Assembly (NCBI GenBank): GCA_963720465.1
Contig: OY970393.1
Coordinates: 64,001 to 128,000, forward strand
Direction: 5' to 3'
Length of the DNA: 64,000 nt
Source of the DNA: Methanobacteriota archaeon
GTDB taxonomy: Archaea > Halobacteriota > Bog-38 > Methanoflorentales > Methanoflorentaceae
This document shows positions 19,793 through 29,404 of the stretch, one piece after another. The notes beneath the pieces are model-generated. The model was not told where the DNA came from. It saw only the letters and a list, made by a program, of their open reading frames with translations, and made no database searches. The translations under genes and the position numbers were made by a program. The stretch's first letter is position 1. Every line of letters begins with the position of its first letter.

Positions 19793-20815
19793 ATGTCGTC
19801 AATGAAGGCCGTTCAAATTAGCAAGCCAGGCGGTGATTTCGAATTAGTGCAAAAGGAAATCCCACAGCCCATCGAGAACGAAGTACACATTAAAGTGCAA
19901 GCCTGCGGCGTTTGCCACGGAGAAGCCGTAGTAAAAGAGGGAACCTTTCCTGATATCAAGTATCCCAGAGTTCCAGGACATGAAGTTGTTGGGACAATTG
20001 ATAAACTCGGTTCGAATGTTTCTTTCTGGGAGATTGGCCAACGAGTGGGAGTTGGATGGTACGGAGGGCCGTGCCTTGAGTGCGAGGCGTGCCGAATGGG
20101 AGACCCCAGTGCGTGTACGAGCTTCTTAACCACGGGGATTTCATTTGATGGCGGCTTTGCCGAATACATGGTCGTGCCAATACAAGCGTTGTCAATGATA
20201 CCCCGCGAGCTCAACTCGTTAGAAGCGGCACCCCTGCTGTGTGCCGGTCGGACAAGTTTTAGTGCATTGCGTTACAGCGGTGCTAAGGCCGGTGATCTGG
20301 TAGCGATCCTAGGCCTCGGAGGCCTTGGCCATTTAGGGGTGCAGTTCGCCCGAAAGCTCGGTTTTAAGACGGTGGCACTATCGCGCGGCACAGATAAACA
20401 GGAGTTGGCTTATACATTAGGTGCGCACGTCTATATTGATACCGAGTCTTCAAATCCGGCGATGGAGCTCCAAAAACTTGGCGGCGCACGAGTTATTCTG
20501 GCTACCGCGCCCAACGGTAAGTTGATCTCGGACGTCGTAAACGGCCTTGGTTTTGAGGGCGAGCTGATAGTAGTCGCCTATCCTGGCGAACCGGTACAAG
20601 CGTTTGCGTGGCAGATGTTAGGCGAACGGCGTTCGATCAAGGGATGGACCGTCAGACCGGCAAAACATATGTCGGAAGACGTGCTGAATTTTAGTGTTAT
20701 TTCCGGGGCGCTACCGATGATTGAAGTTTTTCCGTTAGAGCAAGCGGCATTGGCATACGAGAAGATGATGACCGCCAAAGTACATTTTAGGGCAGTATTA
20801 AAGGTCGGTGACTGA
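19793..20815 (+). CDS. zinc-dependent alcohol dehydrogenase
   Basis: CGVCHGE, PGHE, CLECEAC..C, GLGGLG. Confidence 0.92.
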   Translation: MSSMKAVQISKPGGDFELVQKEIPQPIENEVHIKVQACGVCHGEAVVKEGTFPDIKYPRVPGHEVVGTIDKLGSNVSFWEIGQRVGVGWYGGPCLECEACRMGDPSACTSFLTTGISFDGGFAEYMVVPIQALSMIPRELNSLEAAPLLCAGRTSFSALRYSGAKAGDLVAILGLGGLGHLGVQFARKLGFKTVALSRGTDKQELAYTLGAHVYIDTESSNPAMELQKLGGARVILATAPNGKLISDVVNGLGFEGELIVVAYPGEPVQAFAWQMLGERRSIKGWTVRPAKHMSEDVLNFSVISGALPMIEVFPLEQAALAYEKMMTAKVHFRAVLKVGD

Positions 20816-20827
20816 CGGGAGGTCAAC

Positions 20828-21535
20828 ATGCAAGACATCTTAAAACTTATCCAGGAAAGGCACTCAGCAAGGGCTCCCTTCGATCCGCAACGCCCCGTAG
20901 CGACGCAGGATCTAAGGCAGATTTTGGAGGCGGCGCGTTCGTCGCCTACCGCCCACAACATGCAGAACTTTGAAATAGTCGTCGTTGATGATACGAAGCT
21001 TCTGGAAACGTTGGGAAAAATTGAATCTCATATCTCGGAGGAGTTCATTCAGGAGAACTATCAGCAGCTCTCGTTTTCGGAAGAGGAGTTACGTCAAAAA
21101 AAGGTCGGGATCCTCGGCACTATGTTTCCGCCGACATGGACGGATCCTGCTAAGGTGGACGAGGCCGTTCGTGAGACTTCGTTTCTGAACCGAACCATTA
21201 GAGGCAGTCCGGTGCTTCTGATCGTGATCTACGATCCAAAGAAAAGAGCGCCTGCTTCGGAGGGTGATGTTTTGGGTTTTATGAGCCTCGGTTGTGTCAT
21301 GGAGAACATGTGGCTTATGGCGCAGTCCCTGGGGATTGGTTTCATGATAATGAGTGTCTTCAGCGCAGACTCAATTGAGGATGAGGTGAAACGAGTTCTG
21401 AATATTCCCGAAAACGTGAAGATCGCCTTCACCTGCCGCATGGGGTACCCTGTCTCTGAGCCAGCTAAATATCTAAGAGTGCGCCGTGACGTGGAGGATT
21501 TCACCCACTATAACCGATTTGGTGACAGGGCATAG
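20828..21535 (+). CDS. nitroreductase family protein
   Basis: RHSAR, SPTAHNMQ, ENMWLMAQSLGIG. Confidence 0.9.
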   Translation: MQDILKLIQERHSARAPFDPQRPVATQDLRQILEAARSSPTAHNMQNFEIVVVDDTKLLETLGKIESHISEEFIQENYQQLSFSEEELRQKKVGILGTMFPPTWTDPAKVDEAVRETSFLNRTIRGSPVLLIVIYDPKKRAPASEGDVLGFMSLGCVMENMWLMAQSLGIGFMIMSVFSADSIEDEVKRVLNIPENVKIAFTCRMGYPVSEPAKYLRVRRDVEDFTHYNRFGDRA

Positions 21536-21843
21536 ACTGCCGTGGTCCCCTCTTTTCAGCTGCTCGCACGTCTCGCGCAAAAGGCATTATAGGCATTTAA
21601 GCCAAGATAGATAAGCTCCTGTGCGTGGAAATTCACGCGTATGTGCCCACTTGCCTCGTCAGCCGGGTCTCGTATTCCGTCGCTTTCAATTCGCGAATAT
21701 GTGCGTTGCGAGACGCGAATTACGGCGGCTGGCAAAAGCCAAAAGGCAACGGTTAAGTCATTGCACAATCTGAAATACACAGTTGACTGCAGTTTTGAGT
21801 AAGGCAGAATGAAATCGAGAACGAAATATGAGGAGGTGGGGAG

Positions 21844-22047
21844 ATGAGCCCACTTAGGATCATAGAGTTTCTATTATTGCTTTGTTTAGTGGTTGGCTTT
21901 GGGTATCTGACGTATCTGAACGGCTTTTACTGGAGCTACGCAGCTGGTATCGTTATTCCATTAATAGTCATAGTCCTTCTACTCATTGAAGATCCAAAAC
22001 AATGGCAAGGCATGGCTTCTAGGTCGAGAAAAGTTCGCCGTATCTGA
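21844..22047 (+). CDS. small two-TM membrane protein
   Basis: GGAGGTG RBS, two hydrophobic segments. Confidence 0.6.
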   Translation: MSPLRIIEFLLLLCLVVGFGYLTYLNGFYWSYAAGIVIPLIVIVLLLIEDPKQWQGMASRSRKVRRI

Positions 22048-22079
22048 CCCGTGTAGCTGTAGATGATGAAACAAAAGGA

Positions 22080-22600
22080 TTGCGCTCGCAACCCGTTCCT
22101 CGCAACGTGCAACCGACTTGCGCGCACAAGATAGGCCTTTATGGTTCGAAGCCGTCTCACGTCTACCCTATCATTCGGCTGCCGCATGAATTCCGTCGAC
22201 TGGCCCGTGCCGCTGCGACGATTTTTGAGACAACGCATAACGATGGACTCGCTTCTCTCATCGGCCCACTGTAATCGTTAACGGAGCTTTCAGACGCTTT
22301 AAACTACGAAAGAACCATAAAAACGAACCTTGACAGGGGGAAGGTCGCCGGTTTCCCGGCCGAGCACCATTCCCTTTTTTAGTTTACGAATGTCGCAGCG
22401 TGCTTCGATACGGTTCTCGCAGGCAACTTCAAGCTAGTACGGTTCCACGAGGCCAAACTCAAAAGTGCGAGATAGATGATCAATTGCCCGGCTTTCGTCG
22501 ACTTACAGAATCGCGACTGAGCTTGGAACAGTCGTTCTTGCGTTTGCGGGAGGAACTTTGCAGCTACGTGGATGTCCATCTAAAGGCTTGACAACGGTCC
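22080..22600 (+). mobile_element. repeat element copy 3 (divergent): int(N)-like ORF, tRNA-Val 3' half, then degraded downstream coding sequence
   Basis: KIGLYGSKPSHVYPIIRLPHEFRRLA...IFETTHNDGLA aligns with KISVHHAKTGYAYPAIRLPHTFSRLI...IYQTVHDGALA. Confidence 0.6.
22328..22369 (+). pseudogene. degenerate 3' half of tRNA-Val(GAC) (att-site remnant, not a functional tRNA)
   Basis: CC-TTGACAG-GGGG-AAGGTC-GCCGG-tttc-CCGGC-CGAGCAC-CA: anticodon loop, AGGTC variable loop, 5-bp T-stem, acceptor 3' strand, then oligo-T; no 5' half. Confidence 0.7.
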
Positions 22601-23290
22601 CCGGATGGAATCATTCGATCAGCACCAACTTTGTGGCGCACGGGCGGTATCGAAGGCTCTCAGCAAGCGTCTCGAGCAGGTCTACTTCATATCTTGCGGA
22701 GGGCCTTTTTTCAACAGCTCCTCAATTCGCACAGTCGCTGGAACCGCTTGCTCCTAGAGTAGTTCGAAGTTGGCAACGAGGTAGCCAGCATACATGGGGT
22801 CGTCGGTCCACATCATTGAAATGGGCTCATTGAGTGAAGCGCGCGTGATATCGACGTTAATTGAACTCAAACAAATCTTGTTGTCCAATACTCCGAAGGG
22901 TAGCCCACGGTAGCCATCGTAGATGCGTATTTCTTCGCCAATGCCTAACAGTTCTTGCACCAGTTCGATGCCTGAGTACGTGACATCGAATATGATGCCC
23001 TGTGCCTGCCCTCCGCGCTCAATAAGCTTTTTCATTTCGTCGTTTATGCCGAAGAAGGAGGGGCACACTACCAGCTGGGGAACGACGAGCAGCACTTCGT
23101 CCTGTATAGAATTCACGCTGGCTATCGATACAGTGACAAGTTCCTTAACACTCTTGATAATCTTAAACGTCGCCACCTCATCCGACGGCCGAAACCGTTG
23201 CTCCTTTGAAAGCTCCTGCAGCTCCCGCTTTCGCGCCTCCATCTCACGCAGTTCGCTCTCGTGCTTTTTCACAGCAGAGTCAAGCGCCGT

Positions 23291-23362
23291 ATCGAGATCC
23301 ACCGCGGCGTAGAGCGTAGGCGCATCGAGATCCACCGCGGCGTAGAGCGTAGGCGCATCGAG
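23291..23362. repeat. perfect 33-bp tandem duplication
   Basis: atcgagatccaccgcggcgtagagcgtaggcgc x2 (LDAPTLYAAVD x2). Confidence 0.95.
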
Positions 23363-23410
23363 CGAGGGGCGCACCATCCCTTTTCGATAAGGCTGTTAAG
23401 CGTACGATGC

Positions 23411-23450
23411 ACGTCTTCGCGATACGTCTTCGCGATACGTCTTCAGCGAT
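23411..23450. repeat. 13-bp tandem repeat
   Basis: acgtcttcgcgat x2 plus acgtcttcagcgat. Confidence 0.9.
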
Positions 23451-23707
23451 TTGGCGAGCGGAGAAGGCGTCTTTGGACCGTACTTAAGTAAATACAGGTA
23501 GAGTTGCGCCTCTTTTTTCGTTGAGCCCGAACCCAATTAAACGGCGGGTAAACTCCTCATCACTGGTCATCAGTTATCACAACGCACGTGAATCAAGTGG
23601 TAGTATAGAGTAAAGCTTCGAAAAAAGCTTAGGAAGTTCGCGGGCGTTCTTAAGATCGGCCGTATCCGATTTCACTGCCCTTCGACACGGCGGCAAACGA
23701 CTTGTCT

Positions 23708-24562
23708 CTAAATTGTTGTAGTCATCACCAAGGTTATCGGTGCATCAATTTGCGAGGTTGACATTGCTGAAACGCCGACAAGTGTATTTCCTGAAAGACC
23801 GTACCACAAATTAAGACTACTATCTCCAACGGTCCCAGGGGCGTACGCGGAGTAACCTTGCGATTTGTACGCGCTTATCAGTTGATTCTTGAAGGCAAGC
23901 GCGTCTGAATAAGAGTTCATAGGGTAAACTTGTGCGTTATATGTCTTTCCGTTCTCCATAAGCGTACCCACGTAGGCTTGCTTACCATTCGCCGTGACGC
24001 GCTCAAATGGTGAAACCGTGATGAGTCCGGCACCCAGACCAGCGGTATTCAATCTGCTCGCGTAATCGGGCAGGTTTGACGTCGTTTGCTGTGGCGTGGA
24101 TGATGCACTTGGCGTCACCGTTGCCGCCACAGAGGCTGATGTTTGCGGGGTCGGCGTCGTCGCGCCGATCGACGCTCGAATAGTCGGCGAAGCTGCGGAT
24201 CTGTTCGCCGTTTGTTGAGACGCAGATATCGCGCCCGCGACGGTAGATAACAATAAAAGGATTAGCACGCCGTAAAGGATATATCGCTTCTTAAACGGCC
24301 GCCGAGAGGGCTCCTCTGGCGGAGAGGGGTACGATTGCTCACCGCTCAAAGGCTCTTCCGGTGGAGGTGGGGGAGATTCACTGCTCAATCCCGCGTACTT
24401 GCCCCACTCCTCATCGCGTGAAGGCTCTTCCGGTGGAGGTGCGGGAGACGCCTTGGGCGGTGACGTTGCAGGGGCGATGAACGACTCGCCGCAGTCTGCG
24501 CAGATTGCGGCGTACGGTTGATTCCTCGCGCCACAGTTCTTGCAGAACTTTTCGTTATCCAT
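23708..24562 (-). CDS. zinc-ribbon, Pro-rich linker, single-TM, extracellular-domain protein
   Basis: FCKNCG..ICADCG, PPPPEEP repeats, TM, Ser/Thr-rich stalk. Confidence 0.8.
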   Translation of the reverse strand: MDNEKFCKNCGARNQPYAAICADCGESFIAPATSPPKASPAPPPEEPSRDEEWGKYAGLSSESPPPPPEEPLSGEQSYPSPPEEPSRRPFKKRYILYGVLILLLLSTVAGAISASQQTANRSAASPTIRASIGATTPTPQTSASVAATVTPSASSTPQQTTSNLPDYASRLNTAGLGAGLITVSPFERVTANGKQAYVGTLMENGKTYNAQVYPMNSYSDALAFKNQLISAYKSQGYSAYAPGTVGDSSLNLWYGLSGNTLVGVSAMSTSQIDAPITLVMTTTI

Positions 24563-24736
24563 AACGCGCTCGCAGAGGTAAATCGGTTCACAGAATAGAG
24601 CAAGGCCAGTCTATTCTGAGTGTTCCTACAGTTGTTGGTCCACACACAGACTTAAAGATACCTATTTGTGCCGGCGTTTTGCTGTGGCTACGTGCACATT
24701 CATAGAAACGGGTTTCCCTCGTTGAGACAGACCGCG

Positions 24737-24955
24737 TCAGCCGTAGCTTGAGAGCACGTTCTTCACAAGGCTGTATGGGACGTCCTTTTTGCTATGCAAT
24801 GCAAGCAGTACGATATCCCTGCAAGCGAGTAGTTTTTCAAAATCCTGAGCAGACAGTACGACGCGCTCATCGCCTTGACTCACCGCCAATATGTTTAACG
24901 GCTCGTACGAGTCTGCGATGAAGCGTTCTTTTCTCTTCGTGTCGCGGTTTCCCAT
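24737..24955 (-). CDS. hypothetical protein (72 aa)
   Basis: GGGGCGA RBS-like site; GDERVVLSAQDFEKL. Confidence 0.55.
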   Translation of the reverse strand: MGNRDTKRKERFIADSYEPLNILAVSQGDERVVLSAQDFEKLLACRDIVLLALHSKKDVPYSLVKNVLSSYG

Positions 24956-25384
24956 TTCATCGCCCCTTTCTGATCATCGTGCCAGATACTCACCAAGCGT
25001 TGCCCCGCTGCGCGTGGCAACTAAGAAGCACCTAGGTACAATACTCGCTAGTACTTCAATAACTTCGCGTAAAAAAGAGCAAGAATATGACGCCAGACAG
25101 AATAATGAACAGTGAAGCGACGTAGATCGGGGCCTGTGCGACAATCTGCGCTGCGAGCGTACTGGTGCGCGGGAGCTAGCGCAACGCTCTATGGCGCGAC
25201 GATCCTTGCCAAAGGAGGGTTTGCGCCGTACGAATGGCCAGCCGGTGCCTGCCACGTCGTGAGTACGACCTTAAAGCGCCCAAGTCGTCGATCTTATTAC
25301 TTATCGTTGCTAAACACGCTGTTTGCCACAACGATCATACTTGCTGATCAACCTTTTTGGCGGGTCCGCCCCGAAGTGCGAAAA

Positions 25385-25708
25385 ATGGAAACGGCGATCA
25401 TCCGTATATTCGAGCAGCGTCTGGACTTCGTGTCTGCAGATGCGGCGATGCAACTTGCTCAGCGATTCACGGACCAGTTCGAAAACATATACGCCCGTCT
25501 GAGCCACGAGGACGTGCCCCCAGAAGAATTAAGCAAAGCGCACAGGTTTCTCTTCGAAGAGATAAAACAGTTAGTCCGGCGCGATCCTCGGTTGGATCTG
25601 CGTTATCCTGATGAGGCAATAAGTAACGTCGCACTAATGCTGGTCGACGACTTGGTGCGAGTCGTTGCGCCCCAGTCGAACGACGCGTTGAAACGACTCT
25701 TGCAATAG
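25385..25708 (+). CDS. hypothetical helical protein
   Basis: 3' part of ORF 25112-25708 from METAIIR. Confidence 0.5.
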   Translation: METAIIRIFEQRLDFVSADAAMQLAQRFTDQFENIYARLSHEDVPPEELSKAHRFLFEEIKQLVRRDPRLDLRYPDEAISNVALMLVDDLVRVVAPQSNDALKRLLQ

Positions 25709-25796
25709 GTCTGGCCGACGCATTGCGCAGAAGCACCAGGTCTAACTTAAGCGGCTGAGTTGTTTTGTTGCGGCGCGATAGAATCTTTTTTAGCGT

Positions 25797-26381
25797 TTAG
25801 CTGGCTTGCTGTAGTGTCGCGTTAAACGTTATCACGACCTCGCTAACTTGGATTATGTAACTGGCAGGAGACGTTGGCTGGTCGCCCTGCATTTTTATAT
25901 ACGAGCTCGTGCTGGGCAGGCTGTTTGTAACACTTAGATAGCTCTGATGCGTATTGCCGGAGCTTGCAGTCCACAGAGCAGGGAAACCAATCAGCTGGGC
26001 AGCTGTTGTAGCGTTGTATCCTTGATTAATGGAGTCGACATAATTGCTGGCATCAGATGCAGAGGTGAACTTCGTGTACTGTGCTGTATACGTGAGGCTT
26101 GCGTTCGTCCCGCTCATCTTGTAGGTCACCATCGCGGTTGTCGCATTGACCCATTGGATTGATTGGTTCAACGTTCGAACCCAGGTGGCGTTGTTATACG
26201 CTTGCAGATCATCGTTGATGACGGCCTGGAGCACTGGATCGTGGGTTGTGCTGCTAGCAGATTGCGAGGTATTCTGCGTGCTGGACGTGCAGCCGGCGGC
26301 TAAAACACTTGCGATTATCGCTGTAGCAATGAGGATGGCGACTCTTGATTTCATAACAGTAAATAAGCGCAGATTCCCCAA
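25797..26381 (-). CDS. secreted lipoprotein
   Basis: signal peptide with LAAGC lipobox, N-x-S/T rich. Confidence 0.8.
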   Translation of the reverse strand: MGNLRLFTVMKSRVAILIATAIIASVLAAGCTSSTQNTSQSASSTTHDPVLQAVINDDLQAYNNATWVRTLNQSIQWVNATTAMVTYKMSGTNASLTYTAQYTKFTSASDASNYVDSINQGYNATTAAQLIGFPALWTASSGNTHQSYLSVTNSLPSTSSYIKMQGDQPTSPASYIIQVSEVVITFNATLQQAS

Positions 26382-26577
26382 TTAATAGTTTTCTATTTGC
26401 AAAAAGCAAAGCTGCCCGGCTCTTCTTTTTTAAAAAGAGCATTTTTTCGACTTTTTTTAACGTTTTTTCAGCTTGAACGCGCTCAAATGAGGAATAAGTG
26501 GCACTAGCTGCTTTTCCGGCGCTGGTCGAGAAAACGTGCAACAGCTGTGCACTGGCGTTAGACTCACTGCTTCGTCG

Positions 26578-27363
26578 TCAGTCTTTCGTTTGCCTTGCAA
26601 ACAAGTTAAGGATCTCCATCGGGACGGGAAGCACGATGACGGAGTTGTTCTCCTCACCGATTCGGACCATGGTCTGAAAAAGTCGAAGCTGCAAAGCAGC
26701 AGGTGACTTCTCGATCGTCCGAGCTGCTTCTAATAGCCGATCAGCTGCCATCGCTTCACCTTCTGCAAGCGTGATGCGCGCGCGCCTGTCGCGTTCTGCT
26801 TCAGCTTGGGCGGCCATCGATCGCTTCATTTCCTCAGGGAGCTCGACGTCCTTCAGCTCGACTGATAATACGTGAATGCCCCACGGCATCGTAAACTCGT
26901 CGACAAACTTGCGGATTGTTTCGCCGAGCTCGTCACGTCGAGCGAGGACCGTGTCAAGCTCAGCGGTTCCTACGACGTTCCGCAGACTCGACTGTGCGAG
27001 TTGGTTTATTGCGTACCCGTAGTTGCTTATCTCGATGACCGCCTTGTCTGCCTCGACGACTTTGTAGAAGATCACCGCGTTGATCTGGCACGAGACATTG
27101 TCTTTCGTAATGACCTCCTGCCGCGCAATGTCTAAGGTGTTCACGCGCAAGTCTACTTTCTTGAGCGATTGAAACGCTGGGAACACGTAGCGCAATCCCG
27201 GGGGGTACACGGCCCTAAATGACCCAAAGGTGAATTTCACCCCTCTTTCGTATTGATAGATCACGCGAAGCCCAGTAAGCAGATAAATAGCGATCACCAC
27301 GACGACAAAAGCCGCCACGAGAACGACAGTGCTAAAATCTATTTGAGCAAACATGGACGACAC
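26578..27363 (-). CDS. SPFH/band 7 (slipin, stomatin-like) protein
   Basis: QYERGVKF, QEVITKDNV, QAEAERDRRA. Confidence 0.92.
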   Translation of the reverse strand: MSSMFAQIDFSTVVLVAAFVVVVIAIYLLTGLRVIYQYERGVKFTFGSFRAVYPPGLRYVFPAFQSLKKVDLRVNTLDIARQEVITKDNVSCQINAVIFYKVVEADKAVIEISNYGYAINQLAQSSLRNVVGTAELDTVLARRDELGETIRKFVDEFTMPWGIHVLSVELKDVELPEEMKRSMAAQAEAERDRRARITLAEGEAMAADRLLEAARTIEKSPAALQLRLFQTMVRIGEENNSVIVLPVPMEILNLFARQTKD

Positions 27364-27550
27364 CGCTCATTCACATGGCGCACGGGGTGATTAACTTTTC
27401 TAGCAAAAAAAGGTCCCCTAAGCGGCTTCAAAAAAACTGGTGCAGATGCTTATTTCGTTACGAGCCGCCACCGGGGGCATCGAAGAAGGTCTTGATACCC
27501 TCGCTCACGTCCTGGAAGCCCCTGGCGTCAGCGGTGCATTGCTTGCACAC

Positions 27551-28459
27551 CTAAACTGTGCCAACGTATAGGCAGGACTGAATATCCTCTCCAAGTTTTC
27601 CGATTGCATCTGCCCGGCACCGCTTACAATGGCGCATCTGTTTCAAGTATTTTGAACATTCGTCCTGCATTTTATGCTTCATCTCCATTGTTGGCGGTGC
27701 AATATCGGCAAACTTGTATTGTGCAATGAGGGGGATAACGTTGAATGTATACACACCCATTGCGCCTACCTTTTTCGCAATCTCCGGAATATGTTTGTCG
27801 TTGATGCCCGGAATATAGACCGTATTGATTTTCACGATCATATGCCGCTTTACCGCCTCTTCGATGCCTTTTAACTGCTGCGAGAGGAGAATTTTTGCAC
27901 CTTCGATCCCCGTATAGCGTTTGCCCTTGTAATTAATAAACTGGTAGATCTTTGCGCCGATCTCCGGGTCAATGGCGTTAAGGGTGACGGTGACATTGCC
28001 CACATCATATTCCTGGAGCAGGTCGATCTTATCGGGGAGCAATAGTCCGTTTGTACTGAGGCACTTGATAACATTGGGGTACTGCTCGTGAAGACGGCGA
28101 AGCGTTTCAAAGGTCTCTTCATTTGCGAGCGGCTCACCTGGCCCGGCGATCCCTATGACCTTGATATAGCTATATTTGTCAATTACTTCTTTAACTAATT
28201 CCATAGCTTCATCAGGATTTAGTACTTTTGTCGTGACACCAGGGCGGCTCTCGTTCACACAGTCAAAGTCACGAATACAGTAGTTACACTGGATATTGCA
28301 TTTGGGTGCTACCGGAACATGACACCGCCCGAATGTGTGGCACGCTTTTTCGGAAAAGCAGGGATGCTCCTGGATCTTGCGCATCTGTGACGGGTCCCAC
28401 AGGACTTTACTCCCTGCGACATCTGCAATTCTTATTTCGTCAGACATAGTCAACACCAC
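27551..28459 (-). CDS. nifB: NifB radical SAM protein (short archaeal form, no NifX domain)
   Basis: HPC, CNIQCNYC, ESRPG, AGPGEPL, QMRHCKRCRADA. Confidence 0.9.
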   Translation of the reverse strand: MVLTMSDEIRIADVAGSKVLWDPSQMRKIQEHPCFSEKACHTFGRCHVPVAPKCNIQCNYCIRDFDCVNESRPGVTTKVLNPDEAMELVKEVIDKYSYIKVIGIAGPGEPLANEETFETLRRLHEQYPNVIKCLSTNGLLLPDKIDLLQEYDVGNVTVTLNAIDPEIGAKIYQFINYKGKRYTGIEGAKILLSQQLKGIEEAVKRHMIVKINTVYIPGINDKHIPEIAKKVGAMGVYTFNVIPLIAQYKFADIAPPTMEMKHKMQDECSKYLKQMRHCKRCRADAIGKLGEDIQSCLYVGTV

Positions 28460-28840
28460 TACGTGCGTTTTAAATAAAGTTCAATTGTGATAGAGTGATC
28501 CACTTCACCCTTAACCACTTTGTTTTCCCATTTGTTTTGAAAGGTTGGCCGTTTCATTATTGATCAAAAAAGGGATCATTCTTATCTCTCAGACTCTCTT
28601 CAGTCATTTTTTTACCCGGTGAATTGAAGAAAACGCTCTGCGCTTGCCTGAGACAGTCGGCACAATTCCGCCGGTTCGGTTCAGAAATCCAAAAAGCGGC
28701 CGAGCGGTTTGCAGAGCATCCAAAAAGTTGTATATATTATTATGAAAACATTAATATTAAAATATTTGCTTGATGTGTCCATTGAGCGCGCACATCAAGC
28801 ACCATAGCATCTCCCCGGAAAACCGGGCCATAACCAGATC

Positions 28841-29290
28841 TTATTCTCCGCCCCAATCTTCTTCGGGAAGTTCGCAGCACTTTCTGAGCGCGTCACGAGC
28901 TGTCGCGACAGCCGGCATGCCTGCCGTGACCACAAGAACCCCCAGCGTGTCTAAGACCTCTTCACGCGAAGCGCCCATGTTCATCGCGGCCTTCATCTGC
29001 GCGGTTGCACAAGCTTCACAGCCCATTGTGGAAACGACTGCGAGGGCGATCAGTCTCTTTGTTTTTGCCGAAATCGCTCCGTCGCTCAGCAGCGTTTTAT
29101 CCATTTCATATATGATATCAAACATCTTCGGATGCGAGTCATAAATGAGCTTCAAAAGCGCTGGCGAGAATCCCATGTCTTTCCTAAGTTCTTTAAGTTC
29201 TACATCTCCAATAGGCATGTTTTCAAACCTCCAGATACTGATAAATGTTATAATATAAATCAATAGTTGAATCGGTGGCAGTGAATTCAT
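28841..29290 (-). CDS. carboxymuconolactone decarboxylase/AhpD family protein
   Basis: GAISAKTKRLIALAV..GCEAC..GASREEV; true start probably ~29218. Confidence 0.85.
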   Translation of the reverse strand: MNSLPPIQLLIYIITFISIWRFENMPIGDVELKELRKDMGFSPALLKLIYDSHPKMFDIIYEMDKTLLSDGAISAKTKRLIALAVVSTMGCEACATAQMKAAMNMGASREEVLDTLGVLVVTAGMPAVATARDALRKCCELPEEDWGGE

Positions 29291-29404
29291 GCGGCTGCAG
29301 CAGCTCTAGAAAAGAACTGGCGCCCAAATCAAGAGCCGCGCTGCACGGCGTGGCAGACTAAGGTCCGTTCGCGCGGCTTAACGACGGCCATTATTGCACG
29401 AAAA

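Larger units (their letters stand above)
22682..23570 (-). pseudogene. TrmB-family transcriptional regulator
   Basis: MTSDEEFTRRLIGFGLNEK/EAQLYLYLLKYGPKTPSPLAKSLKTYRED/VHRTLNSLIEKG HTH; frameshifts, internal duplications, in-frame TAG at 22754 (likely from TGG). Confidence 0.8.

Noticed and set aside
21714-21728. 15-bp match cgcgaattacggcgg to the RDD gene end (~34275)
   Set aside because: No extended homology; treated as coincidence
22328-22369. functional tRNA-Val gene
   Set aside because: No 5' half or D-arm, and the T-loop is shortened; kept only as an att remnant
28669-28705. CGCCGGTTCG...CGGCCGAGC tRNA-Val-like pieces upstream of nifB
   Set aside because: Requires a long gap and has no associated int fragment; plausibly chance
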